Shown one piece after another: positions 1 to 11,420 of a stretch of DNA of 64,000 nt. Numbering within the stretch: position 1 is the stretch's first letter; every line of letters begins with the position of its first letter. Source of the DNA: Lama guanicoe (taxonomy: Eukaryota); the NCBI GenBank assembly GCA_013239625.1, contig MU053482.1, forward strand, positions 4,663,775 to 4,727,774. The letters run 5' to 3'. The position numbers and the translations under genes are program-made. The notes beneath the pieces are model-generated. The model saw only the letters and a list, made by a program, of their open reading frames with translations, had not been told where the DNA came from and made no database searches.

Positions 1-84
1 GGGGCCCCTCTGGGCACCAGGCTCTCTCCGTCTTCGTCACGGCCCCCGACGAAGGTGGGCTTACACACGTACACCAGGCTGTGG
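1..84 (-). CDS. DKK3: DKK3 coding exon 7, partial ([27 protein letters not shown]...), continues beyond the window
   Basis: ccacag|C acceptor (AG at 86-85); [13 protein letters not shown] matches the DKK3 last exon. Confidence 0.95.
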
Positions 85-916
85 CTGTGGAGGGACAGGG
101 CTGCGGCTCAGCCGAGGCCCATGTCTCCCCAGGGAGGCAAGGCCCAGGCTCGAAGCTAAGGCACGGCCTCTGCCACTGTCCCCCATCTCACTTTCACAGA
201 ACCTCCTGACATCTCAAGAGTCCTCTCCAAACAGATGCTCAGGAGAATGTGTTCAAAGGGCAGCCCCCTCACATCTAGCTGCAGGGCTGTCCCCCTGTGT
301 CTGGGCCTCTCAGCAGCCCTGAGCACTCTGGGGTCTGACAGTGCCCTGCCCACCTAGGCCTCCAGCCTGGAGCAGCCCCTAGGGGAGCTTGGGCCCCAGG
401 CCCAGGGTTCTGTCCAGCCACCCAGCCACCCTGGATTCTGCTGGCAGAGAGGGCGGAGTAGCGGCTGCTGAGGGATCCAGGGACACTTGCGCAGAGAAAT
501 GCGCCTCGGCCCAGGCCTGGCGCATCAGTGTCTCTCTGCAGCCTCTGCTCCATTGGCTCTGCCCTCCCCTTGGGGGCCCCTCTGCTGGCTTCCCTCCTAC
601 CTCTCTGAAGGCACCGGCTGCCGCCTTCTCTGCTGCTCTCTCATTGTGATGGGCTTGGGCTCCTTCCACACCCAATCTTTGTCAAGTTCATCTACTCAGG
701 AGGCTTCAACCTGCTTCTAGATGGACCCAAATCCATGCCCCTGGCCACACCTCCCGAGCCTCAGTCCTACAGTCCCTCAATCTGGAAGACCCAAGGACAC
801 CTCAAACTATATCTATCTTAAATCCACATCTCCCCACCGCTCCTGCTCCTGGCTCCCCACTGGGCAGCGCCTCATCTGCTCTCGGCCCCCAGGAGGAAGG
901 ACAGGTGAGACCTCAC

Positions 917-1073
917 CTGTGGGGCTGGCAGAGGAGGCCACTGGCACATGGGCATCGGTCCAAAGCCCCATCGGGCTCCAGCTCCCAGGTGATGAGGTCC
1001 AGAAGCCGGCTGGCAGGGTCATGGCAGAGCTCACCCTCCACGGGGAGGGGTGTGCACACAGGAAACAACAGAC
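917..1073 (-). CDS. DKK3: DKK3 coding exon 6 ([53 protein letters not shown]; Cys-rich domain 2)
   Basis: ttctag|GT acceptor, CACAG|gtgagg donor, 157 nt, phases consistent with the flanking exons. Confidence 0.97.
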
Positions 1074-2012
1074 CTAGAAGCAGCAAGAGTCACCCACTGT
1101 GCGCCCAGCACCAGGCAAGCAGGCACCAGGGAGGGAGCAGAGAAATGGGGTGCAGCCTCCCACCTTCCCCCCTGAACCCCAACGTGGAGGTTAGAGTTGA
1201 AGAGGTGGAGTGACGGGAAATAAGAATGGCAGCATGGGCTCAGGAAGGCATGAGCTGGGAGAGTAGGAGGACTGCCTGGAAGAGGTGGGCTTGTGCTGGG
1301 TTTTGAGGCCAGCAATCTGGAGAGATTAAGAATGGAGAAAGGTGTTCAAGGTTGAGCACAGAACCACTAAGGCCTGGGGTTGGGCTAGTGAGAAAGGTTG
1401 GGGGTTGGGGAGGGGGCAGTAAGATTCCCAAATAGGCCGAGGAGTAGAGAGAAAAGGACTGGCCGAGGCCTTGGAAGATGGACTGAGGAGTCTAACTGAA
1501 GTAACAGGACAGGAGCAACTGCAGCTCCCAGAGGAATGATACCCAGAGAGCCATCTCCTTGAGGAAGACTGCTGGGGCAGCAGGGACCAGGTGGACTAGG
1601 GGCCGCGAGAGGAGGCTAAGGGAGGGTTTCAAAAACATTTGTAGATAGGGAGCATGTCTGAGCCGACCTCACCTGGGAGGGGCAGTAGAAGGGAGCCATT
1701 CACAGGAAAGTGGACCTGGGCCAGGTGCTACCATGAGGCCTGGAGAATGAGGGGAGTGGGGTGGGGAGGGGTGTTCCTCTCTCCTTGGGCTCATGCCTCC
1801 TGAAGGAATTTAATTTCTAGGCATCACAGGGAAGGAAAAAAGAAAAAGATGGTCTTCCACCCCAGGCAGAGGCTGTGGGGCTGGGACATACCCATGAGCA
1901 CTGGGGGACTCTGCCTAGGAAAAGGTGTGGTTGTCATGGACAGGGCCCCGGGAGGCCCAGTGGTGGAGCCTGGAATAGGGCTTGCCCTGCGCCCAGTGGG
2001 GAACACACCCAC

Positions 2013-2157
2013 CTCTCTGGAAGGCACAGCACAGCCCCAGCTGGCAGTCCCTCTGGTTGTCACAGATGGTCCCATTGCCACCTCTGGTGGCTGTTTTGGT
2101 GCAGTGACCCCAGACGCACAGCTGGTCTCCACAGCACTCACTATCCCGGGTGCAGAG
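2013..2157 (-). CDS. DKK3: DKK3 coding exon 5 ([48 protein letters not shown])
   Basis: ctgcag|CTC acceptor, AGAG|gtgggt donor, 145 nt; Dickkopf cysteine spacing. Confidence 0.97.
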
Positions 2158-3264
2158 CTGCAGAGGGAGGGGAAACACACTAGCCAGCCAGCTCACGGAC
2201 CGCAGGGAACCCAGCCTGCCCCGACTCCAGGAAGCCTGGAGATAGCGCAGGTGGGCTAACCCACATCCTCCCATTACAGACAGGAGAAAACCAACCTCCT
2301 ACACCTGGGGGGCTCTAAGGGAAGTCAGGGCGGTGGAGATGGCAGCTGGGCAGGTGAGATGGAAAAATGGCACCTGGGGGAGTCCCACACAGCTTGAGAT
2401 TTTACAAAGGATGGTTGCATCTTCACGGTTCCCCCATGGACTTGGGCCTTGCCTCCCTTTTATTAGGTCCCTAATTAAAGGTCAGGAAGGAAGATGGCCT
2501 ATGGCCTCCAGACGCAGACAGCAGCCTGATTCTCATCAGCTGATTAAATTAAGGCCCAGGAAGCCACGTGAATGGGGGAGGGCCCTGGGTGCCACAGGCC
2601 TGGAGTCGCACATGGGGAGCAGTGGCACCGGGAGGCCAGGAGCTGCCCTAACCACAGGTATGGCTGGGTAGGCAGTACGAAGCCTTCTATTTTCCTAACT
2701 TGTTATCGCCTTAATAGTGAAAAGGACAAGAAAATTCTATGAGCCTACATGGCTTTGTCCAAAACCTCTGCTGGATGGAGGGAGAGTCTCCTCCCCGCCT
2801 TTCTGCTTCTCTGTGGAATCGCCATATGGGACGTGCTCTGACTTCTTCTGGGGCCTCCTTCTGCCCTCTCTGAGAGACTGGGAGAAAGATCTGGGCAGTG
2901 GGCAGCAGGCCGGGAGGGAAAAGGCTGCCCCATCCCTGCCTGAGGTTCTGCTGTGGTGTCCTGGCTGTGTCTACTAGGATGGTCCTTCCCAGGGGAAGGG
3001 ACAGGGTGGGGCCTCTGCCCTCCCACTCCATCTCTGTTATCCATGAGGCAGGCATTAAGGCCAGAGGTCACTGGGCAGGTGAGGTGGCAGCAGGTCTGCA
3101 GGTGGCTTCCTAGTCACCCCAGGAGTCACCCCCTTGGGCACCATGCATGGAGGCTTCCAGGAAGCCCAGCTGAGAACTGTGGGCTGCTGGTCTTCTCCCA
3201 AGCCCCTTTTTCTGGGCCCCCATGGCCCTGGTGCTGCATCCCTGGGGCCCCTGGGCACACTCAC

Positions 3265-3357
3265 TGTCTGCTGGTCCCGGCATGGCTGGCAGGAGTACTC
3301 GAAGCTGGCAAACTGGCAGTACCTGCCCGGCCCGCAGTCCTCATCAATGATGCACTC
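3265..3357 (-). CDS. DKK3: DKK3 coding exon 4 ([31 protein letters not shown]; start of Cys-rich domain 1)
   Basis: cccag|GAG acceptor, ACA|gtgagt donor, 93 nt; not in the ORF track, translated by hand. Confidence 0.96.
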
Positions 3358-5043
3358 CTGGGAGGAGAAGGGGGTGGAGGAGCAGCTTCATCAGTGAGAG
3401 GCAGACCAGCTGACCCACGGTGCCCTGGAAGGGCCGAGCCCCACTTCACCCCACAGTCTTGGCCCCCAGGGACAGCCTCCAGACCCCCTCACTTCCCAGC
3501 CCACCCGGCTCTCTTCAGCATCCACTCCCCCAAGGCTGGCAGGGCCCTCATCTACCCAGCATGTCCAGGCTTCTGCCCAGCAGGATGCCACACCCGTGCA
3601 CACAGTCGCCTCTGTGTGCAGCCCTCCCCCTCACACACCCGGGCCATTCTTCAACACAGAGCAGATGGATTTAATAAGAAGAGCTAATGAGCTTCAGGCG
3701 GAGCCGGCTGCACAGGAGGGGCTGGAGTCCAGGCCCAGCAGGCCGGGCTGACAGGGAGGGAAAAGGGCTGCAGAGCTGTGCAGCTGAGCGGCAGCAAGGG
3801 GGCCTGCTGAGGGCCTGGTCTGGGGTCCAGGGCTGCCAGACACAGGCAGCTGCCAACTTGGAAACCGGAGGAGGGCGCGGCTGGCGCTCAGCCCTCCAGC
3901 AAAGTTGACAGCCCTGCTCGGCTGGAGAAATGGGGGACAGAGGGAGGGAAGTGGTCTGTCCATCCTGAGGTCCACAAGAGGGAGGCCACTGTGGCCGGGC
4001 CACGATCACAGCAGGGCTGCTTCGGCGCCAGACCTGCTGTCGGCTCAGGCCCGGGACTGGCAGCTTCAGAGGGAAAGAGGGCTGGAGAGGCGGGAGGCAC
4101 GACAGCCCCTGCCGGTGCCAGCGCCGGCGGGCTGCACACCCCGAGCTGCCTCGTGCTCCCACTGCAGGCAGCAGGAAGGGATTACTTTCCTGGAAACCGA
4201 GGCTCAGAGAGGCCAAGGGGCCACTCAAGATAGTACAGCTAGTCTGGGGCAGGGGTTTCTCTCCACCACCGGCCCTTGGCTGAAAGGGCTCCAGGCGTGG
4301 CCATCAGAGACACAAGGATGAGAAAGCCTCTCCTGAGGCAGGTGTTCTGGGGCCTCAGAGCAAACCTTCTGGGAGGATCTCAGGGAGGGAGGACCTGGGC
4401 AAGCTCCATCCTGAAAGCAAGTGTGGAGCCAGACCCAGTGAGGCCTGGCTGGGCAGGCCCCCACCTAAGGGGCCCCAGCTGTCCCCACCTCTGCTCTGTG
4501 AGCTGAGGCCCCAGTGCTACTGAATATGGACAGGAGACTGTAAATGGGGTCTCCAGGGACCCCTGGGGCCAGAGCATGGGTGTAGGCCTGGGGGTCAGCA
4601 GGGAGGCTCTGGCTAGGCAGCCTAGGGAACAAATCTCTGTCCCTGGGAAGTGGCTGGTGTCCCTTAGCCAGCACTGCAAGCCTGAGAAGATGAGCATTTG
4701 ATTCAGGGCAGCTGCAGCCTTGGCCTCTGCACAGGATTGTTGTAACCCCAGCCTGGCACTGCCCCCTAGCCTGGCACACCTCAGAGCACAGGTCATGTTC
4801 TGCTCATCAAGCAAGGCTCGCCCAGCCAGGAAGACCATCGGTCCCTCCAGACACCATTGGTCCCACTGGACACCACCTGCCCCTCTGAGGATGACAGGGG
4901 GCCAACCTGAAGACGTGGGACAAGTCACCCCCAAGTGCCAGGCTCTGTGCTCACCAGGGGCTCCAGAAGGAACCAGGGCTGGCACCCAGAATAACTGAAA
5001 AGTAATTTAAACCTCTACTATAACTTCTCAAGAAGTTTCAAAG

Positions 5044-5680
5044 TGTAACTGAACAGGACCCTATGGGGCCTTCCTGGGACAGATACCCCCACCCCCAACC
5101 CCACCCCGTGTTTCCTGCCTCTTGTTTGTAGAAAAGCTTTAGCCTCCTAGGCATTCCCTGAGTTCCAAAGAAAAAACTTAATCAGAGAAGTGAGAAAATG
5201 CAGAGCCGAAGGAAAATAGAAAATGGTCAAGCAAGACAAAATAATACTGGTTTAGCTATTAAGCAAGTAAAGGACCTTTAGTTCCTCTGAAGGGCTATAG
5301 CTCTTATTCTGAGGCATAGCCTTGAGCTGTTTTGCAAATATGGAAATCCCCACCAAGTGGAAGAAGTTAACTGTATGCTGACCATAAGCATGAAGACCCC
5401 AGGTCTGTTGTAACCAGAAGGTTGATGATGTTGGCTCCTGATTACTTCACCACCAACCAATCAGAAAAATGTCTATGAGCTAATCATGCACTGGGCAACC
5501 CTCTCCCTCACCCTGCCTTCAGAAGCCTTCCCTCAGAGCCACGGGGGAGTTCGGGGCTTGTGACCATTAGCCACCCGTTCTCCCTGCAGTGAACGCTGCA
5601 CTTTGCTTCCCCACAACCTGCTGTCAGTAGATTGGCGTTACTGCGCGCTGGTGAGCAGATTCAAGTTTGGTTTCAAAAGA
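5044..5680 (+). mobile_element. ERV1-like solo LTR in a DKK3 intron (antisense to the gene)
   Basis: TGTAAC start; CCAATCAG box; 3' end ..GGTGAGCAGATTCAAGTTTGGTTTC resembles the end of the 48.5-kb LTR; 3' boundary approximate. Confidence 0.65.
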
Positions 5681-6428
5681 AGAGCATCTTGCCCAACACC
5701 CTGCAAAATGACCAAAAATTGCTCTTCCTTGTGTCTCCCCAGAGTCCCACTCCATCCCAGCCCAGCCGCCCCTCCCGCAGCTCTGCCCTCGGCTTCCATC
5801 ACCATGGCAGGCACAGCAGCTCAGCAAGCAGAGTCTGCCCTCCCGAAAGGAGTGGATCTCGTCCCTGTCCCAAGCTAGCAACCCTGAAAAGTCAGGGTGC
5901 CACCATCGCTGTTCTCATCGGCAAGAAAACTGAGTCTTGGGGGCTGAGCTGGGGCCAGGCACTCAGTCTGTTTGCCCCCAGAGTCCATAATGGCCTGAAA
6001 AGCCCACGGGGCTGTAAGTAAAGCACTCAGCCACCACGCCTTCCTGGACACAGACAATTCAGCCAGTTCAGCCGGAAGCATCCTGGCGTTTCTTCCAAAA
6101 TAGAACAGCCAGAGCACGGGTGGGAGGGCCCACAGGCATCAAGTCCTTTCTCTGAGCCCAGTCAGGTTTAGAAGCAGTGGGATGCAGACAGGAGTACGAG
6201 AAAGCCCTTGCCCTCAAGGAATTTATCATTCAATTGAAAAAAATAAAAAAGGGTGAGGGCATCACAGCAGAAAAGGAGGTGAAGAGAATGACCAGACAAC
6301 TTATAGACAGAGAAACTGTCTCTTCACTCAGAAAAGATGTTCAACCTGACCAATATCAAGAAAATGAGCTTAAAAGAGCAGGATACCGTGTTTTCACTTA
6401 GAAGAGACACAAGAACTTTGATACTATC

Positions 6429-6869
6429 TGCAGTAGGCAGAATACCAACCCTGCTCCAAAATGTCGATACCCCCTCCTTCCTGGAAGCTGCGGACGTGCC
6501 ATGTTACACGGCAGGGGACAGTAAAGTCACAGGTGGGAATAAGGGTGCTAATCAGCTGACCTGACTTAAGGAGAGATGCCTAGATTATCCAGGGGCACCC
6601 AGTGTAATCATAAGGGGCTTCACAGACGGAAAGGAGTAGCGGAGTCAGCGTCAGAACGACGACACTTACCCCTCCGCACCACCCTCCCACCCTAGTCATC
6701 CAGACTTCTCTGGCATTGAAAACACAAGGGCCACGGGCCAAGAATCAGTATTTCTCCCAGAGCTTCCAGAAGAAGCACAGCCCTGCCAACACTTTGATTT
6801 CAATCCAGTGAGACTCCTGTTGGATTTCTGACTTAAAGAGCTGTAAGATAATACATCTGCATTGTTTTG
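6429..6869 (+). mobile_element. MaLR LTR (MLT1-like), 5' part, interrupted by L1
   Basis: TGCAGTAGGCAGAAT start, GATTATCC..CAGTGTAATCA and CAGCCCTGCCAACACTTTGATTT...CTGTAAGATAATA motifs resemble the MLT1 consensus. Confidence 0.75.
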
Positions 6870-7661
6870 ATAAGTGCTGGAGAGGGTGTGGAGAAAAGGG
6901 AACCCTCCTACGCTGTTGGTGGGAATGTAATTTGGTGCAGCCATTAGGGAAAACAGTAAGGAGATTCCTTAAAAAACTAAAAACAGAGCTACTGTATGAC
7001 CCAGCAATCCCACTCCTGGGCATATATCCAGAGGGGACTCTAATTCGAAAAGACACATGCACCCCAGTGTTCACTGCAGCACTATATATAATAGCCAAGA
7101 CTTGGAAACAACCTAAATGTCCATTGACAGATGACTAGATAAAGAAGTTGTGGTATATTTGCACAATGGATTACTACTCAGCCATAAAAAAGAATAAAAA
7201 ATGCCATTTGCAGCAACATACATGGACCTGGAGATCGTCATTCTAAGTGAAGTAAGCCAGAAAGAGAAAGAAAAATACCATATGATATCACTCATAGTGG
7301 AATCTAAAACACACACACACACACACACGCACACACACACACACGCACACATGAACTGACATACAAAACAGAAACAGACTCAGACACAGAAAACAAACTT
7401 ATGGTTACCTGGGGAGAAAAGGAGTGAGAAGGGATAAGCTGGGTGTTTGAGATTTGCAGATACTAACTACTATATATACAATAGATAAACAAGTTTATAC
7501 TGTACAGCACAGGGAACTATACTTAATATCTTGTAGTAACCTATAATGAAAAAGAATATGAAAAGCAATATGTGTACATATATGTATGATTGAAACATTA
7601 TGCTGGACACCAGAAATTGACACAACATTGTAAACTGACTATACTTCAATTAAAAAAAAAA
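6870..7661 (+). mobile_element. Older LINE-1 3' fragment (ORF2 C-terminus, 3'UTR, A-tail)
   Basis: Translates to [32 protein letters not shown]... with in-frame stops; 3'UTR resembles that of the 40.7-43.2 kb copy; A-run at 7652-7661. Confidence 0.92.
7309..7351. repeat. (CA)n microsatellite inside an L1 3'UTR
   Basis: Read directly; two CG interruptions. Confidence 0.95.
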
Positions 7662-7758
7662 GGTAGGGAGAGAGCAGCATTCTCAGACAAAATCAAGACA
7701 CTTAATAAACTTTGAATTTCAGGTAAAAATTTTCAGAATGCTTTCTGCTTAATTTTTC

Positions 7759-7819
7759 GTTGTGTTTAAACCACTAAATATGCAGTAATTTGTTACAGCA
7801 GCAATAGGAAACCAGTATA
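7759..7819 (+). mobile_element. MaLR LTR (MLT1-like), 3' end resuming after the insertion
   Basis: TTTAAACCACTAA...GTAATTTGTTACAGCAGCAATAGGAAAC is the typical MLT1 terminus. Confidence 0.75.
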
Positions 7820-10800
7820 ATTACCCAGTGTTGGTAGGGACTTGAGGAGCATTACCAGATGGTAATTTGGGGAAATTTAAATTGAGGTACATGTTCTTTG
7901 AAGGCAATTGATCAGCATCTATCCAAAATGTAAATGCATAGAGCCTTTGGCCCAGTCATTCCCGTTCCAGGTGGCGATCCTCAGAAACACTTGTCCATAC
8001 ATGCAAATTGCCAAGTACAGGGATGTTTTGGGCTACATTGGTATAATATTTATAATCCACAAATAGTGGAAATGTCCAATAAGAGGGAACTGATTAAATT
8101 ATTGTACAATCATTTCATGGGAAAATGGCACCAGGGAGACACGAAAAAGAATGAGGTAGTTCTTTGCATCATGATGTTTACAATCCACCAGTAAGTAAAA
8201 TGAGCGAGTGGAAGAAGCCTGTAGTCCCACTTCTGTAAAGCAGAACTACACGTGCGACATGTGCCTGGGCCCAGCACGGCGCCTGGCACGTAGGGGCACC
8301 AACGGAGCTGTGTTGAGTGGGTGAAACCCCTTGTACGTCACTAGTGCTGGTGCAGGGCTAACAAATGATTTTGTTGTTATGAGCAATGATTTGGGAACCA
8401 AAGCAAGAAAATACGCATGTTCTATTATTTCGGCTTCTCATTCCCCAAGAATTCTGTAGACCTGAGACTTTTCACTACACACATCCTCTTCCAGATCTTT
8501 AAATACGAAGGTACGTGCTAAGACCCCCTGCCGTGCACAGTTTTCCACAAAGACAAGAGCACATCCATCCTCAGGAATATCTCCCTTCCCCTCAGCTGAC
8601 CCCTGTGCAGAACAAAGCGTTCCCTGCGAAGCCACCGTGAAGCAATTATTTTTTTTCTAGATATGGAAAAATTTTCAGCATGGAACCTTGCCAAACAGTT
8701 TTAAAAACTCCAAATACACTAACGCGATGGTTTCCTTTGCCAGCATGTTTCTGCTTCCTGCAGGAGCTCTGGCAGGTTAGCTCAGCATGACTGCCCCCCA
8801 AGAAAGCCTCGTGCTTCTGTGCTAACAGTCTGCCAGCTCGTGTGCTGTGGACGCGCATCCCCAGCACATCCCCAGATGGGCTCTTTGAGAGCTGTGATCA
8901 TACCAGAAACCCAGCAACTCCAAAGCGTGAAGAAACCCTAAGGCCAAACAAAAGAGCACGAACTGACTCCTGGTCTGGCCACCTCGTGGCTGTGGCCTCT
9001 CTCACGGGGCTGCGGTGCTGAGTCCGCGTTCTGAACGGTGGCCAGAGCAACAGAGCGCGGGGCGTCCCACCTCTGTCTAGTGCCCCATTTCCCCGGGAAG
9101 CCCCCTGCCAGGGGCCTGCTGTCAGCAGAAAGGCAAGTCTAAACAACAGGGGCTCATGTCTCCAGCAACAACTCTCCATCTCTACCCCTGCCAGCACTTG
9201 GGGCTTTCAAATCTAGTCCTGACCTGTCTCCATCCAGAGAGTGTCACCAACTATGGGCAGCTGCCCGGACGCCCATAGGAGTGAAATCCCTGGGCAGGGT
9301 GACCTCTCACTGTATGAAGACCAGGCTCTCCATACGGTAAGGCTGTTAGTTCGGGGCCTTTCTCAAGGACCCCTCAGTAGTAGGGGACAGGGTCCCTCCT
9401 TTCCTGGTGTTAGAGACCTACGAACAGGTCAGGTCCTCTCACCTTAACCTGAAATGAATGGGTGGGTAGGGAGGACATGGTGCCCCCTGAGCAGAGCCTG
9501 GCCTGGAGTTGAGAAATGCCAGATTTCATTCTTTTCAATTCCAGCTGCTCTCACTTGTGCTCAACAGATATGTTCACATTTGGGCAGAGGTTTTAAAGGA
9601 GTCCCAGCACCCAGCTGGACACAAGAGGGCCGAGGAGGTGAGCTCTGCGGTGAGAGGCCTGGGAGCGGGGAGAGAGGCTTGGCTGCATCCCCATCTAAAG
9701 GGCCGTGGAGGTCCTGGGTTCAAGGTACCTCTCCGACCACTGGGATAGAAGGAGGGACACCCCTGAGGTGAAATTAAAGATGTGGAATGTTGGGGTCACC
9801 TGAACACCACAGAGCAGGTGGGGTGAGGTGCTGGGATGAGATGGCAAGCTGGGCGTCCCCGGGGCAGAGCCTCCCACAGCCCTGCTCCCCAGCATCCCGA
9901 CACCCAGCCCCAGCCAGGCGGGGCCACTGCAGCCGCCACTCAGCACCAGTCCTCTCGAATGCCCCCATCACAGGCCTTATTGTCCACACTTCACATATGT
10001 GGAAACTGAGATTTAAGTGAAAGATCTGCCCCGAGTCGCCGGGGGAGAGGTGGAGTCATGAGTCCACGCCAGTGGGTCTGACCCTAAACATAACATCTCC
10101 CGGCTCCTCCTCGGAAGATAGAGTTTCTCTCTCTCTTCAGTGCTAACCGGTCTCCTGTCCCTCAGCCCCAGCTTAGCAGAGCCCGCCTGGGAATAGGGCC
10201 CCGGGCCCCACACACCCCTGGAGACAGCAGGCAGGAACTCAAGGCCAAGGCTATGGCCTGCGGGCGTCTGGGCCTCAAATGCCACTTACTGCCGAGGCTT
10301 CTCCAATCCTGGCCACTGCCTGTCTGTCCTGCTCCTCCCTCCCATCCTGGCGGGGAGGCTGACAATCAGCCTAGAGGCGCCTGTCAGGGCTGAAGCCATT
10401 CAGAAGATCGGGTCCCTGTTGTTCTGAGGACGTGCTATATTTAGAACATCACTCTGCTCAGATGAGGGTGGGGAGGTGGGCTGGCGGGGACCACGCTGGA
10501 GACCTGGCAAGATGCTGAGCCTGGAAATGGCCTTGGTGCTTCGACACAATCATGAAATAGTGGAAAACGGCAAAGGAGCCATTCTACGTCTTTGATTTTC
10601 CATTTCAGAGTTTATCAGAGGTGGCAAAGGAAAGGGGAGAAAACGACACCGGAACTGGCAAGGCTTTCCACGGCTTCTGCGTGGGCGAGGGGGGCTCGGC
10701 TTCTCGGTGGCCCTTCTGTGGCCACACCGCGCTTCCCACACTGGCTGGGGCATGCCACCCACAGTCCCCGGGAACCCAGACATTCTTGTACTGTGAGGCC

Positions 10801-11124
10801 CAAAGGAGGAGGCCACCGCCTGGGCCCTGCCGGGCCTGGGCTGTCCACAGCCTCCTCTCCAGCCCAGGGCTCTGAGAACATCTTCAGGGAGACAAGCCAG
10901 GAACATGAAACAGAGGCCGAGGGCCCTCCGCCTGCCGGCCCGCAGGGCGGTACACACTGCAGGTGGGGGAGAGGGCACCGCTCGGGCTTTCCTCTGCCCT
11001 CTCTGACCCTCACGGCCGCCAGGAGGTCAGCCGCTGACTTCACATCCCCTAGGGTGTGCCTGGCGCAGAGCTGCCATTCAGTAAAAGAATAAAGAACGAA
11101 CGAATAGACGGACAGATGAACCAT

Positions 11125-11235
11125 TGATCAATCTCCATTTTGCAGATAAGGAAACTGAGGCTCAGAACCCAAAGTCACCAGTGGAGCTGGAAGTGCTAAG
11201 AGGTAAACCCAAGTCCATCAGACTCCCAGGCCGAG
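11125..11235 (-). mobile_element. MIR SINE fragment
   Basis: CCATTTTGCAGATAAGGAAACTGAGGCTCAGA core. Confidence 0.65.
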
Positions 11236-11277
11236 GTGCCCTCCTGCCACTGCACTCCGCTGCCTCCAACTGCCCAG

Positions 11278-11420
11278 GTACGGGTTGAATTACGCTCCCC
11301 ACACCCACCCCCAATTCGTAAGTTGAAGCCCCAATCCCTCGTATCTCAGCATATTTAGAAATAGGGTCATGCAGGTGTAAGTGACCAGGGTGGGCCCTAG
11401 TCCAGTGTGCCTGGCACCCC
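11278..11420 (+). mobile_element. MaLR (MLT1-like) LTR 5' fragment
   Basis: GGGTTGAATT..CCC, AATTCGTAAGTTGAAGCCC, TATTTAGAAATAGGGTC and AGGGTGGGCCCTA motifs. Confidence 0.55.

Noticed and set aside
2953..4985. ORFs of 185-244 aa around DKK3 exon 4
   Set aside because: GC-rich intron artefacts; the true exon is in a different frame or strand.
6085..6105. YFGRNAR peptide shared by two minus-strand ORFs (also about 26505-26526)
   Set aside because: Only a short imperfect nucleotide match with no extended homology; compatible with chance.
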